DNA from: an uncultured Planctomycetota bacterium
Lineage (GTDB): Bacteria > Planctomycetota > Planctomycetia > Isosphaerales > Isosphaeraceae
DNA: 64,000 nt
NCBI GenBank assembly: GCA_963823665.1
Contig: CAWGMQ010000007.1
Coordinates: 640,001-704,000 of the forward strand
Direction of reading: 5' to 3'
Of this stretch, positions 29,601 to 41,400 are shown piece after piece; position 1 is the stretch's first letter, and each line of letters starts with the position of its first letter. The position numbers and the translations under genes were made by a program. Below the pieces are notes generated by a model that saw nothing but the letters and a program-made list of their open reading frames with translations, had not been told where the DNA came from and searched no databases.

Positions 29601-31347
29601 CTGTGACGGAGTATCGCTCCAGAGCGGCATCGACGTTGACCTCGAATCCGACGCCGAAGTCATGCTGGCGGCTTACGCGGAGGTCGGTCAGCCCCATGGC
29701 CGCGATGGCATGGTTGCGGATTGCGGGCAATCGCTTCCGGCCCTCGGGGTCCGCGCCAAGGACCTGTGCGGCCCGGTCGAGCCGGTCCAGGCTATCGAAC
29801 CGCTGGCCGATCAGACCAGTGCGCTGGAGCGCCGCTCCCTCGGACACCAGCGACTGGCCGAGGGCGAGCTGTGCCTGATGCTCGGCACGCTCGACCCGCG
29901 CGAGGCTCGCCTGGGATGTCCATGCCGCCACTGTGGAGACGATCACCATGAGAATTGCCAGGGTCGCGGCCAGGGCGTTCAGGAAGGCCAGGCCGGGATT
30001 GCGCTTGCTCCACCGCCAGAGCCGCTCCGAGGCCAGGATGGGGCGCGAGCGGATCGGCCGGCTCTCGAGGTATCGACGCAGCTCGTCACCAAGCTCGCCC
30101 GCCGATGCGAACCGATCCTTGGGGTCCTTGGCCAGTGCCTTGAGTACCAGCGTCTCCAGGTCCCGAGGGATGCGGCGATCGTGCTGCCGCAACGCGGCCG
30201 GTGGTTCGTGCGTGATCCGGGCCATCAGCCGGGCTTGGTCGCGCTCATCGAAGGCCGGCTTCAGGGTCAGAAGCTCGTAGAGCGTCGCTCCCAGCGAGTA
30301 CACGTCACCCCGCGCGTCGGTGATGCCCCGCAGCCGCTCGGGAGCGATGAAGCGCAGGGTCCCGACCAGATCCTGCGAGTGCGAGAGGTCGTCCCCCTCG
30401 ACGAGCTTCGCCAGGCCGAAGTCGGTGACCCACACGTTTCCCTGGGCGTCGAGCAGAAGGTTGGAGGGCTTGATGTCGCGGTGGATCACTCGCTGACGGT
30501 GGGCGTAGTCGAGCGCGTCGGCGACCTGCGCGCCCAGGCGGGCGATCTCGCGGAAATAGACCGACTCGGGCTGACCGAGAATCAAGCTGCTGGCCTGACT
30601 AGCTCCGCCACCGGAGGTCGCGCCGCCGTTCGTCACGATCGCCGTCGAGCCAGGCTCGGCAACCAGGGGATCCATCGGTGCCTCGGCGAACCGGCCGGTG
30701 AGAAGCCCGCGGGTGATGCCCGTGAGCGGGTTTCCACCGCCGGCGGTCGCCGTTACCCGCTCAGCACCGATCGTCTCGGCCCCGGCGTCGCGGTCGGCTT
30801 GGGACCGGAGCCGGCGGACATCCTCGAGCACCCGTTCCAGCCCGACACCGGCGATATATTGCATCGCGTAATAGAAGACACCGTCCTGTTCGCCGTAGTC
30901 GAAGACCGGCACGATGTTGGTGTGGTGCAGCTTCGCCGCCGACCGCGCCTCGGTCTGGAATCGCCGTACGTAGCCCCGATCGGCGCGGAACCGTGGGTGC
31001 ATGACCTTGAGCGCCATGCGGCTCTTGAGCGATTCGTGCTCGGCCTCGTACACGATCCCCATACCACCCGCGCCGACTCGGCGAAGCAGCACGTATTCAC
31101 CCAGACGCCGCGGCTCCGGGGCGTCTGAGCCGAACGGCTCCACATCGAGGGCGGTCACATCGCCCTTATCGGCGCCGATGTCCTCCAGGACTACCAGAGC
31201 GGGAAAGATGGCGCGAATCCGTTCCGCCAGCTCGGGATACTTGGTGGTGTATTCGCTGAGCGACGGACGCTCGCCCCTGCGGTATCGCTCGAGGAAGGCG
31301 TCGGCCAGATCGTCGATCGGGTCGAATTCGCAGGACGGTTCGCTCAT
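26662..31347 (-). CDS. Membrane-anchored Ser/Thr kinase with WD40 and TPR domains
   Basis: GAGGMG, HRDIKPSN, TDFG, TM segment, GH...WD repeats, TPRs, NTLGVALYR tail. Confidence 0.93.
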   Translation of the reverse strand: MSEPSCEFDPIDDLADAFLERYRRGERPSLSEYTTKYPELAERIRAIFPALVVLEDIGADKGDVTALDVEPFGSDAPEPRRLGEYVLLRRVGAGGMGIVYEAEHESLKSRMALKVMHPRFRADRGYVRRFQTEARSAAKLHHTNIVPVFDYGEQDGVFYYAMQYIAGVGLERVLEDVRRLRSQADRDAGAETIGAERVTATAGGGNPLTGITRGLLTGRFAEAPMDPLVAEPGSTAIVTNGGATSGGGASQASSLILGQPESVYFREIARLGAQVADALDYAHRQRVIHRDIKPSNLLLDAQGNVWVTDFGLAKLVEGDDLSHSQDLVGTLRFIAPERLRGITDARGDVYSLGATLYELLTLKPAFDERDQARLMARITHEPPAALRQHDRRIPRDLETLVLKALAKDPKDRFASAGELGDELRRYLESRPIRSRPILASERLWRWSKRNPGLAFLNALAATLAILMVIVSTVAAWTSQASLARVERAEHQAQLALGQSLVSEGAALQRTGLIGQRFDSLDRLDRAAQVLGADPEGRKRLPAIRNHAIAAMGLTDLRVSRQHDFGVGFEVNVDAALERYSVTEWSGDVVVRRLDDDGVLARLPAPDRPDFWHAWSCFSPDGELLIASYVLNRAAGDLVQIWSLGRRELIGSLRTRGGGVFHADGRHLVFLAMEGGVAIWDLALRRVVRRLPLEFRPNALTLDPEGRRLAVTNFDPDESNRAKPRVAIIELETGRVLFDRGSQVGKGGLAWSADGQLLATGGHSGDTHVYVWDVGRGALTAMLQGHTGAVVTVQFAHSGYLLATSSWDGTTRLWDGVSGEPLAMAPGGLLGRFAPDDRRLAFRVGSRVGVWDIDVAPECRTLHPGMLGNRSEATMNVGITSADVSPDGELIATSDADGVRLWESDTGREQAHLKSGQIDSVLFHPDGGSLFTSGRWGVDHWPIRPDPDGAAAALSIGPPELLWANASKDRVYSSWLPDRRTLALIDNANARVLLIDSIHPHPLWTRTPALDSGDNYRMTSVAVSSDGRWLAAGGWKEAGVRVWDLRRRRLERILTPKEPLGDKSYFAGFSPDGRTLVSTVSSDAGLCYQFWRMGTWEPGLRIDPERNGGVLYRPVFTGDGRVMALGIAPDQVLLADAATGRELARLTTLRPVSPAPMVFSPDSTKLIARTNQKTVLVWDLRRIRDQLHSRGLDWEAPLYPTAPDSPAALGPVQQVRAIKVVGEVLEPQAQRAVELAELNRRLAVAPDDAEALIQRGWVFNQQMKWPEAIADLVHLLRLRPDDTDACRLLGEAYQESGQLASALAAFSRLLERAPEDYQARFQRGLVALALSKPDLAEDDFRRVLAVEPDRDRASYRLAQALIGLGRPREALADLDTLISRDPNNDALYDLRGRVYEALGDHEQSRADREKARSLLPENPESLNVRAWIDVTAPFKRRDPERAVAWARRAVALAPGVHNFLNTLGVALYRTGQYAEAITVLDQGLAEGPGELATVDRFFLAMAHHQLGHPREARGYHDQAVRWVEAHKDLRDVTSDELAAFRGEAEAVLGRSADGRAGAAGSK

Positions 31348-31988
31348 GGCCTCAGCTCTCCCAGTCCACCCGGCGAGTGCCCCAGGATCCGTTTCAACCG
31401 TTCCAGGGCCCGGATGTACCGCTTGCCGGCTGCCCCCTCCGAAACTCCCAGCACCTGGGCAATCTCGGCGCGGCTCAATTGCTCGAAGTGGCGCAAGGCC
31501 AGCACCTCGCGATCGAGTGGGTCCATGTTGTTGAGCCCTTCTTGCACGCGAATCCTGAGCTCGGCACGGACCGCCGCCTCGCTCGGTCGCGTGTCATGCC
31601 CGAGGAGTTGGGCGGCCAGCGCGGCCGAAGAGGCTTCCGGCAACGCTTCCCGGCGCAACGCCACCTCCTGCCCGGCGGCGCGCATTTGGACGCCCAGATG
31701 ATGCCGGTGCAACGTCACCAGCTTCTGGCCGGTGAGGAACCGGAGCCATAAGAAGAACGGCATCTGCGGATCGCCCAGGTACTCGGTCAATCGAGCGGAT
31801 GCTTCCAGGTACGCTTCCTGGATGACGTCCGACGCGTCGATCCGCCCCTGCAACCGCCGATCCATCCTCAGCGCAACCATGCGCCGGAGCCGATCGCCGT
31901 GCCGTGTGAGCAGGACACCCAGAGCCCGCGGATCACCGCCGGCCGCCTGCTCGAGCAAGTGGTTGGTCGCATCCGAGTTGCTGGACAT
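31344..31988 (-). CDS. ECF sigma factor, planctomycete kinase-associated (TIGR02984-like)
   Basis: LQGRIDASDVIQEAYL, DREVLALRHFEQLS..EIA; stop overlaps the kinase ATG (ATGA). Confidence 0.92.
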   Translation of the reverse strand: MSSNSDATNHLLEQAAGGDPRALGVLLTRHGDRLRRMVALRMDRRLQGRIDASDVIQEAYLEASARLTEYLGDPQMPFFLWLRFLTGQKLVTLHRHHLGVQMRAAGQEVALRREALPEASSAALAAQLLGHDTRPSEAAVRAELRIRVQEGLNNMDPLDREVLALRHFEQLSRAEIAQVLGVSEGAAGKRYIRALERLKRILGHSPGGLGELRP

Positions 31989-32185
31989 CGAAAACACCGT
32001 GTCGAAAGCGGTTCACACCGCAACCAAGGTCACGCGCATCGGAGGCCGGCGCCAAGCTCGCGCACGAACCCCTCAAAGAGTAAACCGCGCAAGAGGACCA
32101 AGACGGTACAGGAACATCAATCTTTTTTATTACGCACTCACGCATCATATCGAAAAAAACCGCAAATTCTCATAGATTCGTGACT

Positions 32186-32248
32186 TTTCATTGTACCGTC
32201 CCGGGCAGGTCGCGCGGTTAAAGGCCTATGGACGCTCGCCAGACGGTG
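32186..32248 (+). promoter_or_regulatory. Motif A copy 1, upstream of the giant secreted protein
   Basis: TGTACC-17 nt-CGGTTA..AGG..TATGG...ACGGTG, shared with 44264-44328 and 55897-55957. Confidence 0.65.
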
Positions 32249-32422
32249 GCCAACACCATCAACAACACCGACAAAACGGGCCTGAACGCGGGCACGGCCT
32301 ACATCCGCGGGTCTTAGACGCTGCTTTCTTGACTTGCATCTCACAGCGAATGGCCGTGCCGTCGCCGTGTCCGGAAATTCAACAAGCGCAGGTCAAATGA
32401 CTCGCGTCTGGAGATGGAGATC

Positions 32423-35400
32423 ATGTCGATTGACACCTGGTTGGAAAACCTACGCGCTAATGTCCCGACGCAGTTGGGCCGAAGGTTGACGCTGACCAAC
32501 CGATCGAAAAAGGGCCATGACGGCCGGCCAGGCGGCAGCCGGCCTCGACAGAGGAGGCTCAATCTGGAGGCCCTCGAGAACCGGATTATGCTCACCGGGA
32601 CGATCACGGCGGTGACCTCTGCCCCGGATCCCTCGATCTTCGGCCAGGATGTGACCTTCACCGCCACGGTGAAAACCGACGCCGGCGCCATCGTAAACAA
32701 GGGCACGGTCGAATTCTCGATCGGCGCCAGCTCTTCCGGGCCGGAAGCCTTGAATAAAGACGGCGTCGCGACCTACGACGACTCGACCTTGAGCCCCGGC
32801 ACGTATCCCGTTACGGCGACGTACAGCGGCTACGAGGACGTCTACACCGGCAGTACCGGCACGGAAAGCGCGGGTCAGGTCGTCGACGAGGCGCCCACGA
32901 TTACCAGCGCGGCAGGTGCCAGTTTTACCGTAGGCAGCGCGGGTAGCTTTACTGTCACGGATACAGGCTACCCGACGCCAACGCTGAGCGAGTCGGCCGG
33001 AACCTCATTGGCCAGCCTCGGACTCAGCTTCGATGCGAGTACCGGAGTCTTGAGCGGCACGCCGTCGCCGAATACAGGCGGCACCTATGGCCTGATCTTC
33101 ACCGCGAGCAATGGTGTCGGGTCGAACGCGAGTCAGAGCTTCTCGCTAAGTATCCTCCAGGCTCCCGCGATCACCAGTGCGCACGGTGCCACATTCGTCG
33201 TCGGATCACCCGGCAACTTTACGGTCACTGCCACCGGCACACCGACGCCGACTTTGAGCGAGTCGGCCGCGACATCATTGGCCAGCCTCGGCCTCAGCTT
33301 CGACGCGAGCACCGGCGTCCTCAGCGGCACGCCGTCGCCAAACACCGGCGGCACCTATGGCCTGATCTTCACCGCGAGCAATGGGATCGGCTCGGACGCG
33401 ACTCAGGACTTCTCGCTGTCGATCGAGCAGGCTTCCGCGATCACCAGCGCTGACAGTGCCACGTTCGTCGCCGGATCACCCGGCACCTTCACGGTTATGG
33501 CCACCGGCACACCGACGCCGACTTTGAGCGAGTCATCCGCGACATCATTGGCCAGCCTCGGCCTCAGCTTCGAACCGAGTACCGGCGTCCTCAGCGGCAC
33601 GCCGTCGCCAAACACCGGCGGCACCTACGGCCTGATCTTCACCGCGAGCAATGGGATCGGCTTGAGCGCGAGTCAGAACTTCTCGTTGAGTATCCTCCAG
33701 GCTCCCGCGATCACCAGCGCGACAGTGCCACGTTCGTCGCCGGATCACCCGGCACCTTCACGGTTACGGCCACGGGCACACCGACGCCGACTTTGAGCGA
33801 GTCGTCGGCGACATCATTGGCCAGCCTCGGACTCAGCTTTGACGCGAGCACGGGAGTCCTCAGCGGCACGCCGTCGCCGAATACCGGCGGCACCTATGGC
33901 TTGATCTTCACCGCGAGCAATCGGATCGGCTCGGACGCGAATCAGAGCTTCTCGCTGACGATCAGCCAGGCTTCCGCGATCACCAGCGCAGACAATGCCA
34001 CGTTCGTCACCGGATCATCCGGCACCTTCACGGTTACGGCCACGGGCACTCCGACGCCGACCCTGAGCGAATCGGGCGCCCTGCCCGGCGGCGTGACGTT
34101 CGACGCCAGCACCGACGAGCTCAGTGGCACTCCGGCCGTCAGCGCCGGTGGAGACTATCCGCTCACGTTCACCTCCAGCAACGGCATTGGCCCGGCGGCC
34201 ACGCAAGACTTCGACCTGTGGGTCGTGTCGCCGGGCTACCTCTTGAACGCCCCGACCAACTTCGTCGTCACCGGCCTGACCACAACGTCCATCGCCTTGA
34301 GCTGGACCGACAACGCCCCAGGCGCCACCAGTTACGAGGTGCAGGAAGCCGTCGTGGGCTCGACGAATTTCGCCCCCGTGACCGGCTCACCGTTCGGGCC
34401 GGGCACCACGAATGTCACGGCGACCGGCCTGACGAGCGGCCTGACCTATCAATTCGAGGTCAGAGCCGTTGCCGCGGGCGGACCCAGCGCCTGGGTGTTG
34501 AACGCCGACGTCGAGACACTCCTGTCCACGGCGACCAGCTTGTCCGCCGATCCGAATCCTCTCGTACTGACCCAGACGTCCACGAACACCGTCGACCAAT
34601 CGAATGACGTCACGTTCACGGCCACGGTGACGAATACCAGCGGCACGAGCGACGTGCCAGTCGGTCAGGTGGATTTTCAGGACATGACGACCGCCACCGA
34701 CCTGGGCACGGTCCCGCTGACGGACGGCAGCGCCAGCCTCTACGTACCGTCATTCAGCGTGGGTAGCGACACCATCATCGCCACGTACACGCCCTATCCG
34801 GCAAGCATTTTCGCGGGCAGTGCGAATCAGATGACGGAAGCGGTCGAGGCTGCCACCGCGACGACCGTGACCGCTGCGCCGGATCCCGGCATCAACGGGC
34901 AGCCGGTTTCGTTCACGGCCACGGTGGAGAATCAGTTCAACGAAGGCGGCACGCCGACTGGCAGCGTGCAGTTCCAGGTCGACGGAGTGAACTACGGCCA
35001 GCCGGTCGACCTGGACCAGAACGGCGAGGCCACCATCAGCGACCCGTCGCTGGCCGTCGGCAATCACGACATCAGCGTCAGCTACGCGCCCACGGGCTCT
35101 TTCACGCCCAGCCAGGGGGACACGACCGAAGACGTCGATGACGGCGATTCCTGGACCGGGGAAGCCGGCGACAATAACTGGGACACGCCCGGCAACTGGA
35201 CACTCGGTGTCCCGCAATCCGGCGTTGACGCGTACCTCACCAACCTGCCGGCGGGTACGGTGATCGCCCTGGGGCCGGCCGATGTCGCGAACAATGTCGC
35301 CATCTCTTCCGACGCCACGTTTTCCGGAGGCAGCCTCACAGTCGCCGGCATGTTCACCGATTCGGGGTCGCTGATGCTGGATGGCTCGGCAATGGTGAGC

Positions 35401-38400
35401 GTGAGCACGCCCGGGGCGTTCGTCCTTCAGAAAGTCACGATCCAGCCGGGGGGTACCCTGTCCGGACAGGGCACGGTTCAAGGCGACTTGGTCAACGACG
35501 GGGAGCTGGACATGGGCAGCACCGACGGAGTCATCGTCGTCACGGGCAACTATACCCAGGGAGCGATTGCCACTCTCTCCATGAAGATCGACGGGGCAGT
35601 CGCGAGCGACTTCGATCAGCTTCAAGTTCTCGGCACCGCCACCTTGAATGGCACCCTGAGCGCGGAGCTGACCAACGGTTTCACACCGGCCCCGGGTTCG
35701 TCGCTGGACCTATTGAAACTCGCGAAGCCCGCCAGCGGATCCTTTTCGACGGTCCTCTCGCCGTCGAACGACTTGCAGACGCAGGACTCGCCCGGCGGGG
35801 TGATCGTGGAGGATGAGCCGATCGGCCAATCGGTGTCGGTCACCTATCCCGGCGTGCCGCAATGGGTGGCGGAAGGGCCGGAGCCGATCTACTCTGCGCA
35901 ATCGAATGCGAATCCCGACAACGGAGAGGAAGGGGCCATCGCCAACGTTGTCGTGGCGCCCGACGGGACCGTTTATGTGGGCACGGTCAACGGCGGCGTC
36001 TGGAGCTCCGACCAGGTCACACCGAGTTGGGTCCAGACCCTTCAAGATCACGACCCGTTCCAACCGTCGAACTTCTGGGTGCCCTTGACCGACTCGCAGC
36101 CTTCGCTGGCCGTCAGCACGATGGCCCTGGACCCGAACGACCGCAACAACACGCTCTGGGTGGGAACCGGGTCGGTGAGCAGCTATAACAGCGCCGGCGG
36201 TCCGGCGGTCGGCCTCCTCAAGACCACCAATGGTGGCAAAACCTGGGTCGACCTGGCGGGATCGCCCGGCGCGCCCATCACGGGCGTCAGCGCCAGTGGA
36301 ACCGGCACCTACGTCATTACCACCAGCAATACCGGCAGCCTGATCGCCGGCTCGGAAGTATCGATGAGCGGCTTCCCCACCAATGACGGCGCCAACGGAA
36401 CCTGGACGTTCACCAACGTCACCGCGACGAGCTTTACGCTGACGAGCCCGGTGAGCACCGGCCAGTTCGTCAACAGCCCGAATGCGCAATGGACCTCATC
36501 GATTTATGGCGATACGATCGTGAGCGTTGTGCCGACCGCGACCACGGATCCCACGACCGGTGAGCAGGTGATCCTGGTTGGCACTAACGGCCAGGGCCTC
36601 TGGCGCAGCACCGACGGTGGTGCGAACTTCGCGCCGGCAAGCTTCTTCGCCTCCGAAAGAAGGAATCAGAGCGCCATCAACCTGTTCACACAGCAACAAG
36701 GTTTTGTGACTTCGGTGGTCGCCGACCCGACGAACCCCGACTATTTTTATGCCGCCGTTAGAAACGTCGGCATCTTTGAAAGCTACGACGACGGCGCGAG
36801 CTGGAATGAAATCGACGCCTCAATCCCTCAAATCACAAATGCCACGTGGTACGAGCTAGCCGCGGCCCAAGATCCGGACGGGAACACCATCCTCTACGTT
36901 GCGACCGCCATACCTTCAAGCAAGAACGGCGGAGCCCAATTTGCCGGGTTGCTGTTTGCCCAGATCAGCCCTATCCCCCTGGCGCCCATCACCTGGATTC
37001 CCGTCTACGACCACCCGCAGGGCGCGCAGGTCGTCGGTGAGGCCGTTCAAGTGCCGGGCCATTTCTACCTGGCGGTCAATCCAACGAACCCCTCCGACGT
37101 CTACATCGGCGGGATGCTCCAGTGCCTTTACAGCGGTGTCGTGGCGACCACGTCGGTGAGCCCCTCGGGCTGGGCGGTCTACTGGAACCCGCTCTCCGGC
37201 GGCAACGGCAAGCCCCACGACGACCAGCGTGACATCGCCTTCCTGAGCGACGGCACGATCCTCGAGGTCACCGACGGCGGCATCTATGGCTTGCTTCCCG
37301 ACGGCAACCACTGGGTCGATCTCAACGAAAACATCCAGGATACCGAATTCTTCTCGATCGCTTATGACGCGCAGGACAACGAGATCTTCGGCGGGACTCA
37401 AGACAACGGCACTCCCGCTCAGACCGCCAGTGGCAACTGGAGCCTCATGGGCGGAGTCCACTATGGTGGCGGCGATGGAGGTGCGGTCGCGGTGGATAAC
37501 AGCGGCAGCGAATCGAAGGAATATCTCTTCAGTGACGGCAACTTCGAGACGCACTCCGACACCTACAACGCCGACATCGCCCTCAGCGGACTGAATTCCG
37601 TCGATCAGCAAACTGTCGCCAGTGGATCAGGAAAAAATCCGGCGGATGCCAGCTTTTTCGTGGCGGTGAATCCGTTCGGTCCCGCCCCGGGTAGTACCAC
37701 CGGGCTCGCGCCCATCCTTCTAGGCGGGGGGATCGAGGGGAACAACAATCAGGGGCTTACCGGCCTTTACGAGAGCTTCAACGGAGGAGCCACGGTGACC
37801 CAGGTCGCCTCGCCGATATACTCGGGCAACCCTAGCGCGTTCACCTACGCCTCAGCCGGCGGCATGGCATACTTCGGAACCACGAACGGTTATCTCTTCG
37901 TGCGCAGCGCCTATGGCGCGACATTCATATACATGCCCGCGCCGAACTGGAGCAACGCCTACGCCACGCAAATCGTGACCGATCCGAAGAATCCAAATAT
38001 TGTTTATGTGCTTGATAATCTTGGCGACATCTGGGGCTCAGCCAACCAGGGGGTGACAGGCTGGACGAAACTGACGGGCGGCACCAACCTTCAAGCCCTG
38101 GATACCTACCAAAGCGTCCTGAACATCGGGGAACTTCAGGGCGAGGCCGCGAACACGACCGTGCAAACCATCCAGGTGGTCGACCCAACGCCGTACACAC
38201 CGGGCAGCAACGTCCTCCTGGCCGGGGCGCTGGGTGGAGTGTACTCGCTCAATGTGGATCTCGGCGCGCTTCAACCCAGTCAATACACCTGGAGCCTGTA
38301 TGGGCAGGGGCTTCCCAACGTTCAGGTGTCGGACCTTGATTACGTTGCGAGTGCAAATTTATTGCTGGCAGGTACCTTCGGCCGCGGCGTCTGGGAGATC

Positions 38401-41400
38401 ACCGATGCCAGCGCATCCATCGGGGCGCCGGATCAGGCAACGATCAGCGCATCGGGTGGCACCATCCTGCTGCGCAGCGACCCTGCACGACCCGGCTACG
38501 CGCAGTTGCTGTCTGACGGGCCAGGCGTCACGGTCAGCCAGGTCATCGCCGACGACAACGTTCAACTGGAAGAGCAGTGGGCGGCACTCGGCCAGATCAC
38601 CATCAACGTCCAGTCCGAGACCGTGGACATCCTCAACGTGCCGCAGGGCGTTCGCGTCACCGTCGATGGCGGAACCGGCCCCAACATCGTCAACGTCGGC
38701 TCGGCCGCCAATCAACTGACCACGATCGCTGGAGCCGTGGAAGTCGGAGTGAATGTCACAGGCTCACTCACGTCCTTGAATATCAACGATCAAGGTGATA
38801 CCGCCGCGAGTAACTGGACGATCGGCACCAACTTCCTCACCGAGCCGACTTCTTTGCCCGGCTCGATCCTTTACCAGGGCATCGCAGGCGTGGTCATCAA
38901 TGCCGCCAACGCGAATCTCAACAGTTTCATCGTCAACGACACCGCCGGAACGAGTGCCCTGACGATCAACACCGGCACTGGAGCCGGAAACCAGGTCACC
39001 GTCAACGATACCAGCAACGCCACCACGCTGAACATCAACAACCAGGGAACGGGTGCCGTTACGGTCGTGAAGGCCACGGGCCCGCAAAGCAATACGGACA
39101 TTACCGATTCGGGTAGCGACACCATCACTCTGGGCAACAGTACCGGCGTGCAAGCTATCCAGGGCGACATCGGCATCACGAGCAAGGTACCGGACGCGGA
39201 CGGCCTGATCGTGGACGATCAAGGTGACGCGGTGCTTCACCAGGGCAATCAGGCCGTCACGGTCACGAATTCTTCCATCGTGGGCCTGGCGCGAGGGACG
39301 ATCAGTTACGCACCCTACTCGCTCGGTAGCCTGTCTCTCGAGGCCAACGGTATGGGTACCTTCTGGAATATCCAGGGCACTCCGATCCCCTACCTTGATT
39401 TCGAGAATCAGGGCACCAACAACTTCCCTATTTTTGTGCCAGTCGCGCTTCCCATCACGACCTCCATTAGCTGTGCCGACCAGGACATCGTCGACGTCGG
39501 CGATCCCAGCAATGGCCTGCAAGACATCTTCGGAACGCTGAACATCTACAGCCCCGGGCCGACCGCCGCCGTGCAAGTGAATCTGGACGACCATGAAACC
39601 ACGTACCCATCGCCCCCGTCGTTGAGGCTCACCAACAACAGCGTGAGCGGTCTGGGGCCGGGCGTCATCAACTATGGAATCCCCGGCTACGACGACGGAT
39701 TGGTGATTGCGGGCGGTGTGAGCGAGCTGACCGTCCGGGCCGGCACGGGCGGCACCAAGTTCATGGTCGGCGACATGACCGGCGGTCCGACGATGGTCAA
39801 CCTGTCCGCTCTCGGTACGGGCAACAGCATCGTCGGCCCCGATTCGAGCGTGAACTGGACGTTCCAGGGTCATATCAATAATCCCCTCGACAGCTTCACC
39901 CAGGGGAGCGACGCCTCGACGGTCGACTTCGCGGGCATCGACACGATCACCGGCGGATCGGGCTCGAACGATTTCCAGTTCATCCAGACCGGCTTCGACG
40001 GCTCGATCGACGGCGGCCCCAGCGGCGACAGCACCCTTGATTTCTCACAGTTCGGGGGTAGCTCCCTTTCCGTGGAAACCACCCAGGACGGCTCCCTGAA
40101 CGGGGTTCGGGGCAACGCGACGGAAGGCACGAGCTTCAACGACATCGATACGGTGCTGGGCGACCCGAGCGCCACGGGTTGGGAGTTTGGCAACACCACG
40201 GGCGAAAACTATGCCTATCAGGGGGATTTCACGGCCACGCTGACCGTGTCTGGCTTCGCGAACATCGACCTGAATTTTTCTCAGGATTTTAGTGGCAAAT
40301 TGCTGGCCTCTACGGAGGGAACGGCCACCGACCCCATCTCTGAGATCAACGTGACCGGCACGATCACGGTTGGTGCGATGATCAAGGTCGCCTTCCTGAA
40401 CAAACTGGTCGTCAATGGGGATGTGTACGGCATTATCAAGGGCTTCGGCGATGATCCCTCGGTGCCCACGATTCAGACGATGATCCTCGACGGCACGGTG
40501 CGCGCGGGGGCCCAGATCGTGGCCAGTTCCTTCGGGACGATCGACACGCAGCAGAATCTGGCGGGCACTCTCAGCGAAACCGCCCCCACCGGGGATTTTC
40601 AGAGCGTGACCATCGGTGGCTCGATCCTCCCCACCGGATTGATCGACGCCCCGGGCGGCGGGACCTTGAGCGTGACCGGAGACTTATCGGGTGAAGCGGT
40701 CATCGGAGGAACTCTCGGCACCCTGAGCGTCGGAGGGGCCCTCGACGGGACGGTGTCGGCCGGCAGCTACGGTAGTGAAAACCTGGGCGGGCCGGTCACG
40801 GGCCAGATCGACACCGGCCTCACGACAGCCCCGCCGGTCAGCATCGCCGCGGGCGACGTCGCCGGGCTGATCCAGGCTCTCGATGACGCCAACTCCATCG
40901 CTCAGCCGAACGTCATCAACCTGGCCCCGGGAGCGACATACGTGCTGACCGCCCCGGACAATGATACGAACGGTCCCAACGGCTTGCCGGTCCTCTTGAG
41001 CAACATCACGATCAACGGCAACGGCGCCGTCATCGAGGGAGCCGGCTCGACGCCGTTCCGCCTCTTCAGTATCTCCAGTGGTGCCAACGTCGTCCTGGAC
41101 AATCTCACGATCGAGCAGGGCAGCAGCGAGCAGGGCGGTGGCGTTTACAATGCCGGAACGCTGGCACTCACTAACGACGTCCTCACTGGCAATTCCGCCA
41201 CCGGCAACGGCGGCGCCGTCTTTAACGACGGTACCCTGACGCAGTCCAGTACGAGTTTCTCCAATAACAGCGCCGGCGGCTCGGGCCCCAACGTTTTCGA
41301 CGCCGTCATCCCGACGGCGACAACAACGACGCTCACAGACAACGGGCCCACGACCTCGACCTTCGGGCAGTCGGTGAACTTCACGGTCAACGTGACGGGT

